From the sequence record NC_071039.1: a stretch of DNA of 64,000 bases, one strand, 5' to 3'. Position numbers and translations under genes: made by a program. Below are positions 20,108 through 30,658 of this stretch, piece by piece (positions within the stretch are counted from its first letter, which is position 1; each line of letters begins with the position of its first letter). The notes below the pieces were generated by a model that was not told where the DNA came from, ran no database searches, and saw nothing but the letters and a program-made list of their open reading frames with translations.

Positions 20108-20533
20108 TTAACTAGTCTTTGTCAGAAGGTAAGTATGTTCATTATTGGTATTTTTGTTTGACTGTATTGTGTAACCATATTGAGTAGCCATTTTTGTTGC
20201 GAGTCTATTGTATAATTTAACTCTAGATGGCTCGGATAGATCGGCAGTAAAATATATTTGGTTAGGTTTTAATTCAGAAATAGCACGTTTGGTAATATCT
20301 AATATAGTAGAGAATACTTTAAATTCATTGCCAGTTCCGGTGACCGCAGCATCATAATAATAATCGTCAACATCAACTTCCTTTGCAGTAAACGATATTA
20401 ATAGTCTTCCATTAACCATAGTTTCTATGACTCTGTATTTCATATTACCAACAATAAAATATGCATTAACGGTTCCATTAGTGTTGGTATACTGATATTT
20501 TTCAATCTGATCGAATAGTTCAAATAAGTGCAT
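20108..20533 (-). CDS. late, probably virion-associated protein (TGTGNEFKVF family)
   Basis: GATAAATA late promoter at 20556-20563; MxLxE leader; TGTG.EF.VF...FTA...SR.KLY.R motif. Confidence 0.6.
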   Translation of the reverse strand: MHLFELFDQIEKYQYTNTNGTVNAYFIVGNMKYRVIETMVNGRLLISFTAKEVDVDDYYYDAAVTGTGNEFKVFSTILDITKRAISELKPNQIYFTADLSEPSRVKLYNRLATKMATQYGYTIQSNKNTNNEHTYLLTKTS

Positions 20534-20575
20534 AAAAAATAGTCCTTAATATGGATATTTATCTTATATATAAAT

Positions 20576-20602
20576 TAAAAGGGGAATTAAATTCCCCTTT
20601 AG
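20576..20602. terminator. intrinsic terminator
   Basis: AAAAAGGGGAATT/AATTCCCCTTT inverted repeat. Confidence 0.7.
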
Positions 20603-20604
20603 CA

Positions 20605-23196
20605 TTACTTACCTTTTCTTACCAAAATTGACATACAATGTGCTAATTCGTCATAGTAATTTGGAAATAATTGCTTTACTTTTTTATGAAAACTCATAGG
20701 CATTGTTTTATTTTTATCTGCTATATAGTAATATTCGGGATCAACTTTCATTAATCTAATAGCATCAGTGCCAGTTAATTGCATTTTATTTAATAATGTT
20801 TCAGTTTCCCTAGATTTAGGCAATTTATTATTACATATTTCAGATATTACAAGGCAAGGTTTAATGTTATCTATATTGTTATTTGCTACAAATTCGATAA
20901 ATTTTGTTCTAAACGAAATTTTAAATAATTGTTCAGGAATAGGTGTATTATATACTATTGAGTTTAAATCTAAATCTGTTAATATTTTTGCCATACGTTT
21001 TATACAGTCTTTAGAATTATAATAAATTACACGATAGTATGGAGTATTATGCCATACTTGTATATACTTCATTAACACTTTGGGGTGAATACTAACAATA
21101 GTTTTTAACCGCTCGGTTGGAATAACATCACCGAATGTGTGTATATGTCTAGCAACAAACTTGTCTGACATTTTAGAAACTAATCTAGTTTTTGCTGCTG
21201 TAGATGCATCTACAGCAGCATGATACAGTAGTTCGTCGTCATTAGAATAATTATTCTCTATTAGTTTTACGATGTTATGTTTTTTGCAATTATACGTATT
21301 TAATAAGATTTCTTTCAAATCTTCTTTTTCTATATAAATTTTGTTATTCATTTGTTTTTCTTTTTCCTTTGCCTGTAGATAAAATATACATAAAATATTC
21401 TTCGTTATTTTTTAATTCGGGATACATCTTAAACATTTCTGACCAACTAGTTTTTGTTAATTTTTCGAGATGCTTAGGTACTATAGGCTTAAAGGTTGTC
21501 GTATATTTCTTAGCAAATGCTACTAGGTTAGCACCTGTAAACGGAGTGCCGTGTACAAATTCTTTAGAAGAAAGTTCATCCGATATATCGTTTTCGTTAA
21601 TTTCAAAAAAGTTAACAACATTGTATACATCAGATTTAGAAATGTACCTATTTTTTATTATATCGTTTTTTATTGTATCTAAAGTAAATATTTGCTTAAG
21701 ATCGTTTACTGTATCTAAAGCATATTTAGGACACAATTTATTAGACTTATTAAAGTCAGATACTGTATGTTTAAATGCTGGCGGCAAGTGGTAATAATAC
21801 GAAAATGTATTATAAGTAAATACAAGATTTGCCATACTACACAGACGTTTAATATGTTTATCTATTACACTGGCATATAATTTATCATAATTTTTATATG
21901 TTTTTAAATTATGTAAATCAGACACATCTATTTTATTTAAACACAGCATCAATGGAATACAGTCACTGTACCTAGCTGCCACATTATTTACAATAGGTTT
22001 ACTGTTGAATTTAGATTTAAACTCATTAATTATTTTTTCATTAAACAAAATAGAAATGTCTTTTATAAGAAATTCATGCAATGCTCTGCATAACCCATCA
22101 AACTGTGTACTATTCTTAAATGCATAAAGACTAGTAGATAAACTATCATTGTTAAAAAACGATGATAATGCATGGTGTGCATCTGATGAATGCGCTAGCG
22201 GTATGTCATATCTAATAGAACTTTCTAATATATATTCTATATCGTTTCGTTCTACCGAATTCCAGTCAATTTGCGATAACATTTGTGATACTGATTTTTT
22301 CATTAGTTTCGGGGACCTTTAAGTTTTGCTAGTACATGTTGTTCTGACCCAGCCAAATGAGGGAAGATCTTTATAAGTTTGTTCCAGTACGAATACGGCA
22401 AAAAATCGAGATTTATATAATCTAAATATTTTATAGAATTACTATGCAACCTATTCCTCGAAAGTATAGTCAATATATGTCGTCCTGCTATATAAGACCA
22501 ATCTATATTTTTAAGAAATGTAATACAACTGTCAGTAGACATTGTCTGACCATTTGCTTTATGCATATAGAATAGCGAAGACATCCTTTCAAAAAGAAAC
22601 CAGTGATATTGTTTATTTTTAGAAATAGTATCAAACCCTACAAATTTTACATATTCTTCAAAAACAGAATATCTTTTACTACAAAAAAAATTAAATACTG
22701 TTTTATCCAACAAAACGTTATGTCGTTTTAATTCTTTTAAAATAAGTCTTACTATGTTTAAATCAGGTAAAGATTGTATGGTACACAATTGCGTTATTAT
22801 ATCTTTAGATAATGCTTTTCTCGGTTTTAAATTCTTTAAAACAACATAAAATAATTTATGACATGTTATAGGAACTTTCATAGGAAACATTGAATTTGAA
22901 AATTTTCCAATACATTGCCTGACAAGATATAAATCTTCTTTACTTATAGATCTGTTATATTCACTAATAGAAGATGAATAATTACTTGATATAAAGTTTA
23001 CTAATTTGGGACTTTTAATTTCCATAAGAACATTCAATACAGTAGCATTGAACGGTATATATTCAACATCAATAGAATTACAGACTGCAATTAGTGCATC
23101 TTTAGCTGAATTATTAGCAATTGTTATTTCTTTATTTTTTCTAAATTTAATGAAATATTCTAATTCACTTAAAGCTTTAATGTAACTAATATCCAT
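20605..23196 (-). CDS. three tandem helical proteins (20605-21351, 21344-22303, 22303-23196)
   Basis: Translationally coupled, 248-319 aa, with similar C-termini ([WF]x[KE]xxxx[FY]Px[LY]). Confidence 0.65.
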
Positions 23197-23222
23197 ACAT
23201 ATACCGTAAAAATTTTTACCAT

Positions 23223-23251
23223 ACTATAAAATATGTATATTCAATAGTCAA
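23223..23251 (-). promoter_or_regulatory. sigma70-type promoter for the minus-strand operon
   Basis: TTGACT-17 nt-TATAGT. Confidence 0.7.
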
Positions 23252-23285
23252 CTGTGTTTGGTAACAAAATGTGGTAATTAGGCAC

Positions 23286-23314
23286 TTGACATTGGTATTG
23301 TCTTTTAGTAAACT
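23286..23314 (+). promoter_or_regulatory. sigma70-type promoter reading into the ORF-free structured region
   Basis: TTGACA-17 nt-TAAACT, divergent from the minus-strand promoter. Confidence 0.75.
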
Positions 23315-23319
23315 GTGCG

Positions 23320-24068
23320 CTTGCGTAAGAAATGTATATACGATAGTGCTATATGTATATACAGACAAGTGGCTCTGTTCCATTATTGGATATTGGTAGT
23401 AGAAACTATCCCCATCGTGCTGTTATTGTAGTTCCGATAGTGTCGGGTTAACGTTTTAACAGTTATTTAAATTATGATTTTGGGTGCCACAGAGATTGTA
23501 CTTACTAAAAGGACTTAGTAAGAACCGCATATAATCTCGAAACTTGTGTAGGATGTTGGTCTAACCACGGCATAGAATATATGCCTCAACTACTACACGG
23601 AAAGGATGATGCTCTGGTCGAAACAGAGTTTCTATAAATCTTTCAGTATAGATTCCGTATGGCTGAAAGTTGAAACACCAACATCAATAGACTATAGTTT
23701 TTGTTAGTGTGGCTATAGTTTATTCCGGCATTGAAAGTATATACAGTGATGCGAGACAGTAAGCATTAGTAGCAACTGTATATATGAGTAAGAGGATGCG
23801 TTTACAATGAGGAATTACCTATCGGTGCCCGCCTCAGGGATTGCACTTCCCAACGTACACTAAACTTCGTACCATACCGAAACATAAGTTTCTGTTATTA
23901 CGATTTCCTTCCCAAACGGGGAGGAAATCTTCTCCGCCCGAATATCATAAGATCAAAAGCATTAATAATTAATATATAAAATTCGTTTAATTAGTTATTA
24001 AGTATATGAGTTGTAGTTTACGAAAACGAATATACTTAATAACTACCAGTGAAGCTTGCTTCGCTGTT
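23320..24068 (+). ncRNA. putative large structured non-coding RNA (about 750 nt), family unknown
   Basis: Own promoter; no ORF of 60 aa or more; about 40% GC against 10-25% in the flanks; more than 10 helices with G-U pairs, a long-range 9 bp pairing and a G(CUUG)C tetraloop. Confidence 0.6.
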
Positions 24069-24069
24069 T

Positions 24070-25000
24070 AAAATTGCAATTTGTATTTTCAATTTTATAT
24101 TTCGAAATGTGTTTTTGAAAATCAATCTATAAAATATAATTTTAAATATTATTTTTAAATGTCATTTTGTGATTTTAATTTAAAATACTATTTCATAATT
24201 TAAAATGGAAATATATTAAACAATATCATTTTGTGATTTTAATTTAAACAATTCCATATAAAACTATTTTGTCTATTTCTTTTATAATCTTAAAGTCATT
24301 AAAAACCCTACGTTTGTAGGGTTTTTATTTGATTATATTGTATTCGGTTCAAGACATTTAGATTATTATAATTAATAATATCTGTATGATAATTTTATTT
24401 TATAGAAATACATTTACTAATTACATTTATCAATGAATGGTTATTTTCTTTATATTTAATGCGTCTCAGGGTATATAGCAAATATGATAAATCAAGACAC
24501 ATAATATATTGTGTCTATATTTTTAATTTCATTAATCTACATAATTGTTTATTAATGTATACAGTTATATACGTTATGTTGTAATAACAAACTAAATTAT
24601 ATAGAGAATACACATTAAATTCTGTTTTGTGTCGAATCGACATTACATATATCATTATGTATTGATATTTGCTGTATATAAAAATAGTTAATTATTATGT
24701 GCTTTAGAAGAACTCCATTATAATTAGTTTTCTGTGTCATATTCAAATGATGAAAAACATAATTCTTTCATCTATTTTTATTAAATGTTATTCAAGATTT
24801 ATAATATAATTTTATAATGTTTGCAATTTATGACACAAGCTATTTTAATAGAATTATACTATTCAAAGTTTTGACTTATTTTGTGTGTAAACGACAAAAA
24901 TAGGCATATATAAAAAGCACACCTGTTTCCTGTATGAAACAAAATAGTATTTTATTAAAAATAGTGTATAGTAGTAAAAAACATCATTAATCATGCACGC
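24070..25000. other. AT-rich non-coding tract, candidate replication origin
   Basis: About 10% GC at 24120-24250; 23 nt direct repeat at 24162 and 24226; five TGTGTC/GACACA sites; lies where gene orientation switches. Confidence 0.35.
24301..24326. terminator. bidirectional intrinsic terminator
   Basis: AAAAACCCTAC-GTTT-GTAGGGTTTTT. Confidence 0.75.
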
Positions 25001-25005
25001 AATTT

Positions 25006-25442
25006 ATGGCAAACGTAATTAAAGAACTTCATCCTATTAAAGGATATTGCATAGTTGTGCGTCATCCAGGCGATACTAGATTTAGCTGGGTATCGCTAGA
25101 TAATCAATATATTTTGGTAGACAATCCAGTATTTTTAAATGATGAATTTGACAATTGTAAAAACGAATGGCCAGATGCTGAAATAAAAATAGTAGAAGTG
25201 TATGTTGTCCCGGAGAAGGTGTTATGAATGCTATATCCAAAATATCTCCGTCTAAATGTTACACTGTCGTAGTTACAGATAATAATTGGAAATCATGCAC
25301 GTGGATAAATTATAATGATTCTCCGGTTGTAGAATATGATATTTCTAAAATATCATCTATATTGGAATCTTGTAAGAAAAAGTTTGGCGATAGTAATGTA
25401 AAAGTAATGGAAATATATTTAGTACCGGAAAACTTTTTATGA
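25006..25442 (+). CDS. tandem paralog pair of small proteins (25006-25227, 25224-25442)
   Basis: Shared YxxVV...W and VxE[VI]Y[VL]VPE motifs. Confidence 0.65.
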
Positions 25443-25648
25443 AAATTCGTTATATATTACTATTAATATTATCAGACTTACAAACACTAGTAAAGGTACA
25501 GGCATTTTTATTTGCATTGCTTCCCTGTGTTATTTTGTTTCTTCCTGCATCGTTCTTTATTACATTAGTTATAACAATTGCCATAGTATGGATAATAAGT
25601 TTACTATCTTATTTGCTTATTAATAAACTGATACAAACGAGGAGCTAA
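25439..25648 (+). CDS. small membrane protein
   Basis: Two TM segments. Confidence 0.55.
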   Translation: MKIRYILLLILSDLQTLVKVQAFLFALLPCVILFLPASFFITLVITIAIVWIISLLSYLLINKLIQTRS

Positions 25649-25650
25649 AA

Positions 25651-25848
25651 ATGGCAGGTCTAAGAAAATGCATTGATGAATTCTGCAAAGGATGCATTTA
25701 TGATCCTGAGTCTACCGGTAGTTGGCGCCAACAAGTAGAAAATTGTAGTGCTAAATCATGCGAACTATGGGAAGTTCGACCTGTTTCGGTAGGAACTAAA
25801 CAAGAAAGAATTATTGCAAAACAAAAAAGTTCACAAGAACTTGCGTAA
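25651..25848 (+). CDS. small Cys-rich, probably Zn-binding, phage protein
   Basis: FCKGCIYDP...GSWRQQVENC...SCELWEVRP. Confidence 0.65.
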   Translation: MAGLRKCIDEFCKGCIYDPESTGSWRQQVENCSAKSCELWEVRPVSVGTKQERIIAKQKSSQELA

Positions 25849-25884
25849 GACAGCTAACCAACCTAACTCTAGGTTAACCCTAGG

Positions 25885-25913
25885 TTGACTCATTTGTTGG
25901 ATAGCACTATACT
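25885..25913 (+). promoter_or_regulatory. sigma70-type promoter
   Basis: TTGACT-17 nt-TATACT, AGGAG SD downstream. Confidence 0.75.
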
Positions 25914-25951
25914 TGTAGCATGTTTAAAAAACATAGCTAGGAGTAGCATTT

Positions 25952-27106
25952 ATGAGTCAGATGTACGTAACTATCACTAACGGAATGTACCGTAACCAGC
26001 AAGTAAACGGCACATTCCTTTTACTTGAAGATGTGAAAGTTACTGGGTCGGGAAAACGAGTTATTAACGTATTAGGCGCATTGCCGGAATGGTCTCAACA
26101 TAAATGTAGAGTTACACTCGGTAATGACGCAACAGTACAGTATTCGAACGAACAAGGAGAGGTTTTAGATTTGCCTAATGTTATACGTCCGTTTGTGGGC
26201 GAAAATAATAATAATGTTCCTGCATCTAGTCGCGGTACAGTGTATGAAGGCACCGCAGTAGAAATTGACTACGAAAAGCAATACCAACAACTAGAATCCG
26301 AAAACGATGCAATGAATCGTATCAAACGGACCTTTGAGATTGTAAATGAACTAACAGAAGCTGCCGCAGCAGGCGAAATCCGTTCTATGATCATCTCCGG
26401 TCCTCCCGGAATCGGAAAAAGTTTCGGTGTAGAAGAAACACTAAACAGGTGTTTCTTGTTGGATAAAATTAAAGATAATAAAGAACCGTTTGAGATCGTA
26501 AAGGGCGCTGCAAGTGCAATTGGTGTTTACCAAAAGCTTTACGAATTTAAAGATAAAGGTAAAATCCTTATTTTCGATGATTGCGACCGCGTACTATTTG
26601 ACGAAGATAGTCTAAATCTCCTTAAAGGTGCATTAGATACTACTAAGCGTAGAACTATTTACTGGCTTAGTGAGTCCCGTGTTTTAAAAGAAAATGATAT
26701 TCCACCTAAATTCGATTTCGAAGGTAGTGTAATTTTCCTTACTAACCTTAACTTCGAGGATACAAAGTCCCGAATCGGAAGGCACCTAGAAGCAATTATG
26801 TCCCGGTGTCATTATTTAGACATGGAAATTAGTAGTACGAGAGACCAGATCCTTCGTATTAAACAAGTTGTGCGCGACGGGATGCTTAGTAAATATGAAT
26901 TTAATAACGGAGAAGATGAAGAAATCCTAGAATACATCATCGATAATCAGAATGATCTGCGAGAACTTAGCTTGCGTATGGTAATTAAAATTGCCGATCT
27001 GATTAAATTCAAAAAAGATGGTTGGCGAGAATATGCAGAGACAACTGTACTGAAACGGAATGCAAAATTCCGGCGGCTGTATAACGAAAAGTACAGTGAT
27101 ATTTAA
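25952..27106 (+). CDS. AAA+ ATPase conserved in large myoviruses
   Basis: Walker A GPPGIGKS, Walker B LIFDDCD, IFLTN, SRCH. Confidence 0.85.
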   Translation: MSQMYVTITNGMYRNQQVNGTFLLLEDVKVTGSGKRVINVLGALPEWSQHKCRVTLGNDATVQYSNEQGEVLDLPNVIRPFVGENNNNVPASSRGTVYEGTAVEIDYEKQYQQLESENDAMNRIKRTFEIVNELTEAAAAGEIRSMIISGPPGIGKSFGVEETLNRCFLLDKIKDNKEPFEIVKGAASAIGVYQKLYEFKDKGKILIFDDCDRVLFDEDSLNLLKGALDTTKRRTIYWLSESRVLKENDIPPKFDFEGSVIFLTNLNFEDTKSRIGRHLEAIMSRCHYLDMEISSTRDQILRIKQVVRDGMLSKYEFNNGEDEEILEYIIDNQNDLRELSLRMVIKIADLIKFKKDGWREYAETTVLKRNAKFRRLYNEKYSDI

Positions 27107-27149
27107 TACACAATAAAGTAGCAAGGATGCTACTTTCCGGAGATACGGT

Positions 27150-28083
27150 ATGAATCATTGTGTTAGGTTTGCTTTTTTAGATAGAAATATAAAAAGTTCT
27201 ATAACAACGTTTATAGTTATACCTTTAATTCTTACTTCAGTAATATATTTCCTTTTTTCAGAACAAAATGTGTGGCCAGCGTGTTTTTATTTTGTCACTA
27301 TGCTTATAATTTTGTTTATTGCAGAACTAGCAGCGTGTTCATCTGGAAATTTTTTTAATTGTGCTTTAAGTATATTCTCTATTTTTAGAAATATTGGTCA
27401 CTTTGATACAACTTGGAAAATAACAAATGATGGTTTTATTTATTCTTTAAAAGATAACGAAACTATACACATCTTTGTAAATAAAAACGGTGTATATTTA
27501 CATAATAATGGAAAATTTATTTATGTAGATAATGTTAAAAATACTAAAATAGATTTATCTAAACTGTCTCACCCGGTATTTATATTAATAACATTTTACC
27601 TAAAACATAAACTCAAAGAAGATATGATACTGGCAGATTTATACGGATCAGTAAGTTCTAGTGTATTCATAAATGATGAAGATTTTCAAAAATTATACAG
27701 ACGCTAAAAAATATCTAAATACGTTTGTTTCTTGTAAACCAGAACAAACAGATATGCATAGTGTATTGAATGGATATCAAAATTATTGTATATTCTCGTG
27801 TTTAATAGATTCTGCACAAAATTTAATAACAACTAAATTTTCTGATACTAATACTAATTCATACGAATGGATTATTTCGTACAAAGAAAATAATAAAAAT
27901 ATAACATATTCTGTTGAAAACAAAACAGACATCCTAAAGAATAACGGGTTGTCTGTTGCCTTTATTGTATGTAGGGCAAAAATAGTGTATACTAATAAAT
28001 TAACAGAATTTGGTAAAACTAAATTAAAAGAAAAAAGAAATATTCTGTTAATAGACAGAGATAAAGAAAAACTAAAAATATAA
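27150..28083 (+). CDS. two hypothetical proteins (27150-27707 membrane protein; 27673-28083)
   Basis: Coupled ORFs. Confidence 0.55.
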
Positions 28084-28085
28084 CC

Positions 28086-28952
28086 ATGAATAGCATAATT
28101 ATAAAAACAAAAAAAGATCTTTTATACGAAACAACACTGTCGAATTTAGGATTTATAACAACTACTATACAAGTAGGTGATATAGTAGAGTTCGATAAAA
28201 TAGAAGAAGAACTTAATTCTAAAGATTTCTTTACTGCTTTTGTACGTACATCTACTCATTTTCAATACGAAATAGCAAAACGTTGTGCTTCGAGATGTAA
28301 AATTGTTTTCATAGACATAAATGGTTTTAGATCGGCACAAGAATGGGAAGATATTAAAAAAGAATTTCCGTATACTAGATTTATTTTATTAAAAAATAAT
28401 ATGTGGAATTCTAATATTTCTGATTTTAAAAAATTAATACCAGATACAAAAGCAATTAATATAAAATGTCTTAATAAAAACAAATTAAATTCTTTAGATT
28501 ACTGGAACACAATTAAGGGTTTTTCGTTCGGCGGAACAAGCAGAGATATATTGCCTCATTTACTAAGTATATTTGTTTCATTAAATGATGATTTTGCAGA
28601 ATCTGTAGCAACAGAGACAATATTAAAACGTAATTTGTCATTATCAGATATAAAAAAATATATACCGGGTCCTGGTTTAAGTTATGATGTAGACGATTAT
28701 TTTAATGTGTCGTATCAATCTAAAATAATATGTAATTTAGAAGCTGACTGGAAAAGTAATAAAACTGATGTAAAAAATATAGAATTCATTTTAAATGACG
28801 ATACTAGTAGTTTATTCGATATAGATTATAATGAAGAATCATCATATTCTCGGATGATATCTAACTGTGTACAAAATTTAAGTAACGAAGGATTTTGGAG
28901 TTATCATTATTTAATAGATGAATGGATACTTAAACAAATAGAGAATTTATAA
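28086..28952 (+). CDS. Gfo/Idh/MocA-like oxidoreductase homolog, apparently degenerate
   Basis: FGGTSRDILPHLLS and KNNMW conserved; GxGxxG and EKP motifs absent. Confidence 0.55.
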   Translation: MNSIIIKTKKDLLYETTLSNLGFITTTIQVGDIVEFDKIEEELNSKDFFTAFVRTSTHFQYEIAKRCASRCKIVFIDINGFRSAQEWEDIKKEFPYTRFILLKNNMWNSNISDFKKLIPDTKAINIKCLNKNKLNSLDYWNTIKGFSFGGTSRDILPHLLSIFVSLNDDFAESVATETILKRNLSLSDIKKYIPGPGLSYDVDDYFNVSYQSKIICNLEADWKSNKTDVKNIEFILNDDTSSLFDIDYNEESSYSRMISNCVQNLSNEGFWSYHYLIDEWILKQIENL

Positions 28953-29854
28953 TGAAGGTCCGTTATTTTCATCCCATAAACAATGTATTCGAAGAAACAG
29001 TATGGGATAAGCCCGATATAAAAAATACAGAAATTGAAGTTAAAACAAAATATGTAGGTGTTTCCAATAATGATTTAAATGTAATTTATAACCAAACACC
29101 TTATGCTAGTAACAAATATGGTTGTGAAAGTGTAGGTATAGTAACAAAAGTTGGATCTAAAATTACTGATGTAAAAGTGGGAGATTTTGTAGCTACAACT
29201 ACGAATCATTTATATTCAGATTTTTATAATTGTAAAACAGAAGAATATGTAAAAATTCCTAAATGTTCTCCTAGATATATTTTAGAACCAATTGCTCGAT
29301 CATTAAATTTAATAACACAAAATTGGAACAAATTTGTAGAGTTAAATAGAAACGAAGGTAAAATACTTATTCTAGGATCTGGTTTTGTTGCATCTGTACT
29401 GTATACTGTCTTAACAAAAGAACACGATGTTGATCCTAATAGAATATATGTTGTTGGATCTCATAATAAATCTATCTTTAATAAATCGTTGTATAATACT
29501 CTACCGATTCACTTGTATGACATAGTGTTTGATCTGCAGGGCTTAAACACACCCTTAACAAATAATATATTGAATACGAATTCCTTATTAATAATAGGTG
29601 CCGCAGGTAAACCAACTTTAATAGATTTAAATCTATTAGCACATAAATCTGTTACAATAAATTTCCCTAGTCCCGATAATAATAAATTTTACGAATCATT
29701 AAATGATGCATGTAGAATAGTAGAAACTAAAATCTTTGATCCTAATAAATTTTGGACTAAGGGATATAAAAGAGACACTGAATGGAAAAGTGCATTCAGT
29801 ACAGGGATTAATCGCCCGAAACATTATAATTATGGTTATATTATTTGGAACTAA
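28952..29854 (+). CDS. MDR (Zn alcohol dehydrogenase-like) homolog, apparently degenerate
   Basis: GroES-like EVKTKYVGVSNND, GCESVGIVTKVG, VKVGDFV, LEP, ILGSGFVA; catalytic-Zn Cys and His replaced. Confidence 0.65.
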   Translation: MKVRYFHPINNVFEETVWDKPDIKNTEIEVKTKYVGVSNNDLNVIYNQTPYASNKYGCESVGIVTKVGSKITDVKVGDFVATTTNHLYSDFYNCKTEEYVKIPKCSPRYILEPIARSLNLITQNWNKFVELNRNEGKILILGSGFVASVLYTVLTKEHDVDPNRIYVVGSHNKSIFNKSLYNTLPIHLYDIVFDLQGLNTPLTNNILNTNSLLIIGAAGKPTLIDLNLLAHKSVTINFPSPDNNKFYESLNDACRIVETKIFDPNKFWTKGYKRDTEWKSAFSTGINRPKHYNYGYIIWN

Positions 29855-29856
29855 CA

Positions 29857-30363
29857 ATGGATAGAAAAGAAGTAATTTATTTTATAGGAACAGAAGTCGA
29901 ACATACTCCAGTATACGGTGAAAAAACACTTTTTGTTGCTGGTCCCCAAGACGGCGACGAAGTAGTAAGTAATGCATTGAAACATAACTGTAAACATATA
30001 TATTTCGGTGCTAATCAAAGTTTCCCTCTACACAAAATAGATATAACAGAAGTAATTAAATGGAAACAAATGATACTGCATTGCTTAAATAAAGGATTTT
30101 GGTGTACTTTAGATTTCGATATATGCAATTCTTCTGTAATTTTAGAAATGGATTTATCTAAGTATGATAAATTTATTCCTATTATAAGTGCAAAAATACC
30201 AAATATATCCGAATACAATAAAAACACTATAATAAAGATAGATGATATAGGTTTTAATGAAACTAACGAAGGAGTATGGTGTCATAAGTTAAACGATTTA
30301 AAAGATAATACCGTACATACTAGCTGGGACAAATATACAGGAGATATTTCAATTGACGAATAA
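29857..30363 (+). CDS. conserved phage protein (HIYFGANQSF family)
   Basis: EVEHTP..G.KTLFV, HIYFGANQSF, KIDD..F..TN.GVWCH, W.KY..D motifs. Confidence 0.65.
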   Translation: MDRKEVIYFIGTEVEHTPVYGEKTLFVAGPQDGDEVVSNALKHNCKHIYFGANQSFPLHKIDITEVIKWKQMILHCLNKGFWCTLDFDICNSSVILEMDLSKYDKFIPIISAKIPNISEYNKNTIIKIDDIGFNETNEGVWCHKLNDLKDNTVHTSWDKYTGDISIDE

Positions 30364-30658
30364 AATTAATTATAGCAAAGTATATGAACCGAAAGGCGCA
30401 CTATATAGAATTCGTCGCATTTCTGACGGTGCATTTAGCACAGGGTCTTCCAGTCCGGTGTTTGTAACTTCTGGTCCAGGAAAAGTATTCAATACCTTAG
30501 GTAAACTTAGGTCTCATCTTACTACTATTCGTAATAACCCGGTTTTACAAGACATATACAACAAATGTGAAATTGTTCAGTATGTAGAAGCTGACCAGTC
30601 AACATACACTCTAGCTGAACACACAGAATTACTTATACTTAAAAAGTTAACACAATAA
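30353..30658 (+). CDS. conserved small phage protein
   Basis: YRIRR..DG.FSTG...P.F...GKV...LG.LRSHL motif. Confidence 0.65.
   Translation: MTNKINYSKVYEPKGALYRIRRISDGAFSTGSSSPVFVTSGPGKVFNTLGKLRSHLTTIRNNPVLQDIYNKCEIVQYVEADQSTYTLAEHTELLILKKLTQ

Noticed and set aside
23315-24068. Group II intron (starts GTGCG), group I intron, tmRNA or RNase P RNA
   Set aside because: No domain V hairpin, no clear P7 R/S elements, no tRNA-like ends, no GAGGAAAGUC core and no interrupted host gene; the GTGCG lies between the -10 box and the likely TSS.
25855-25890. AACCTA/TAGGTT repeats as a distinct regulatory element
   Set aside because: Short palindromes just upstream of a promoter, seen once; could be an operator or weak terminator, but there is too little evidence.
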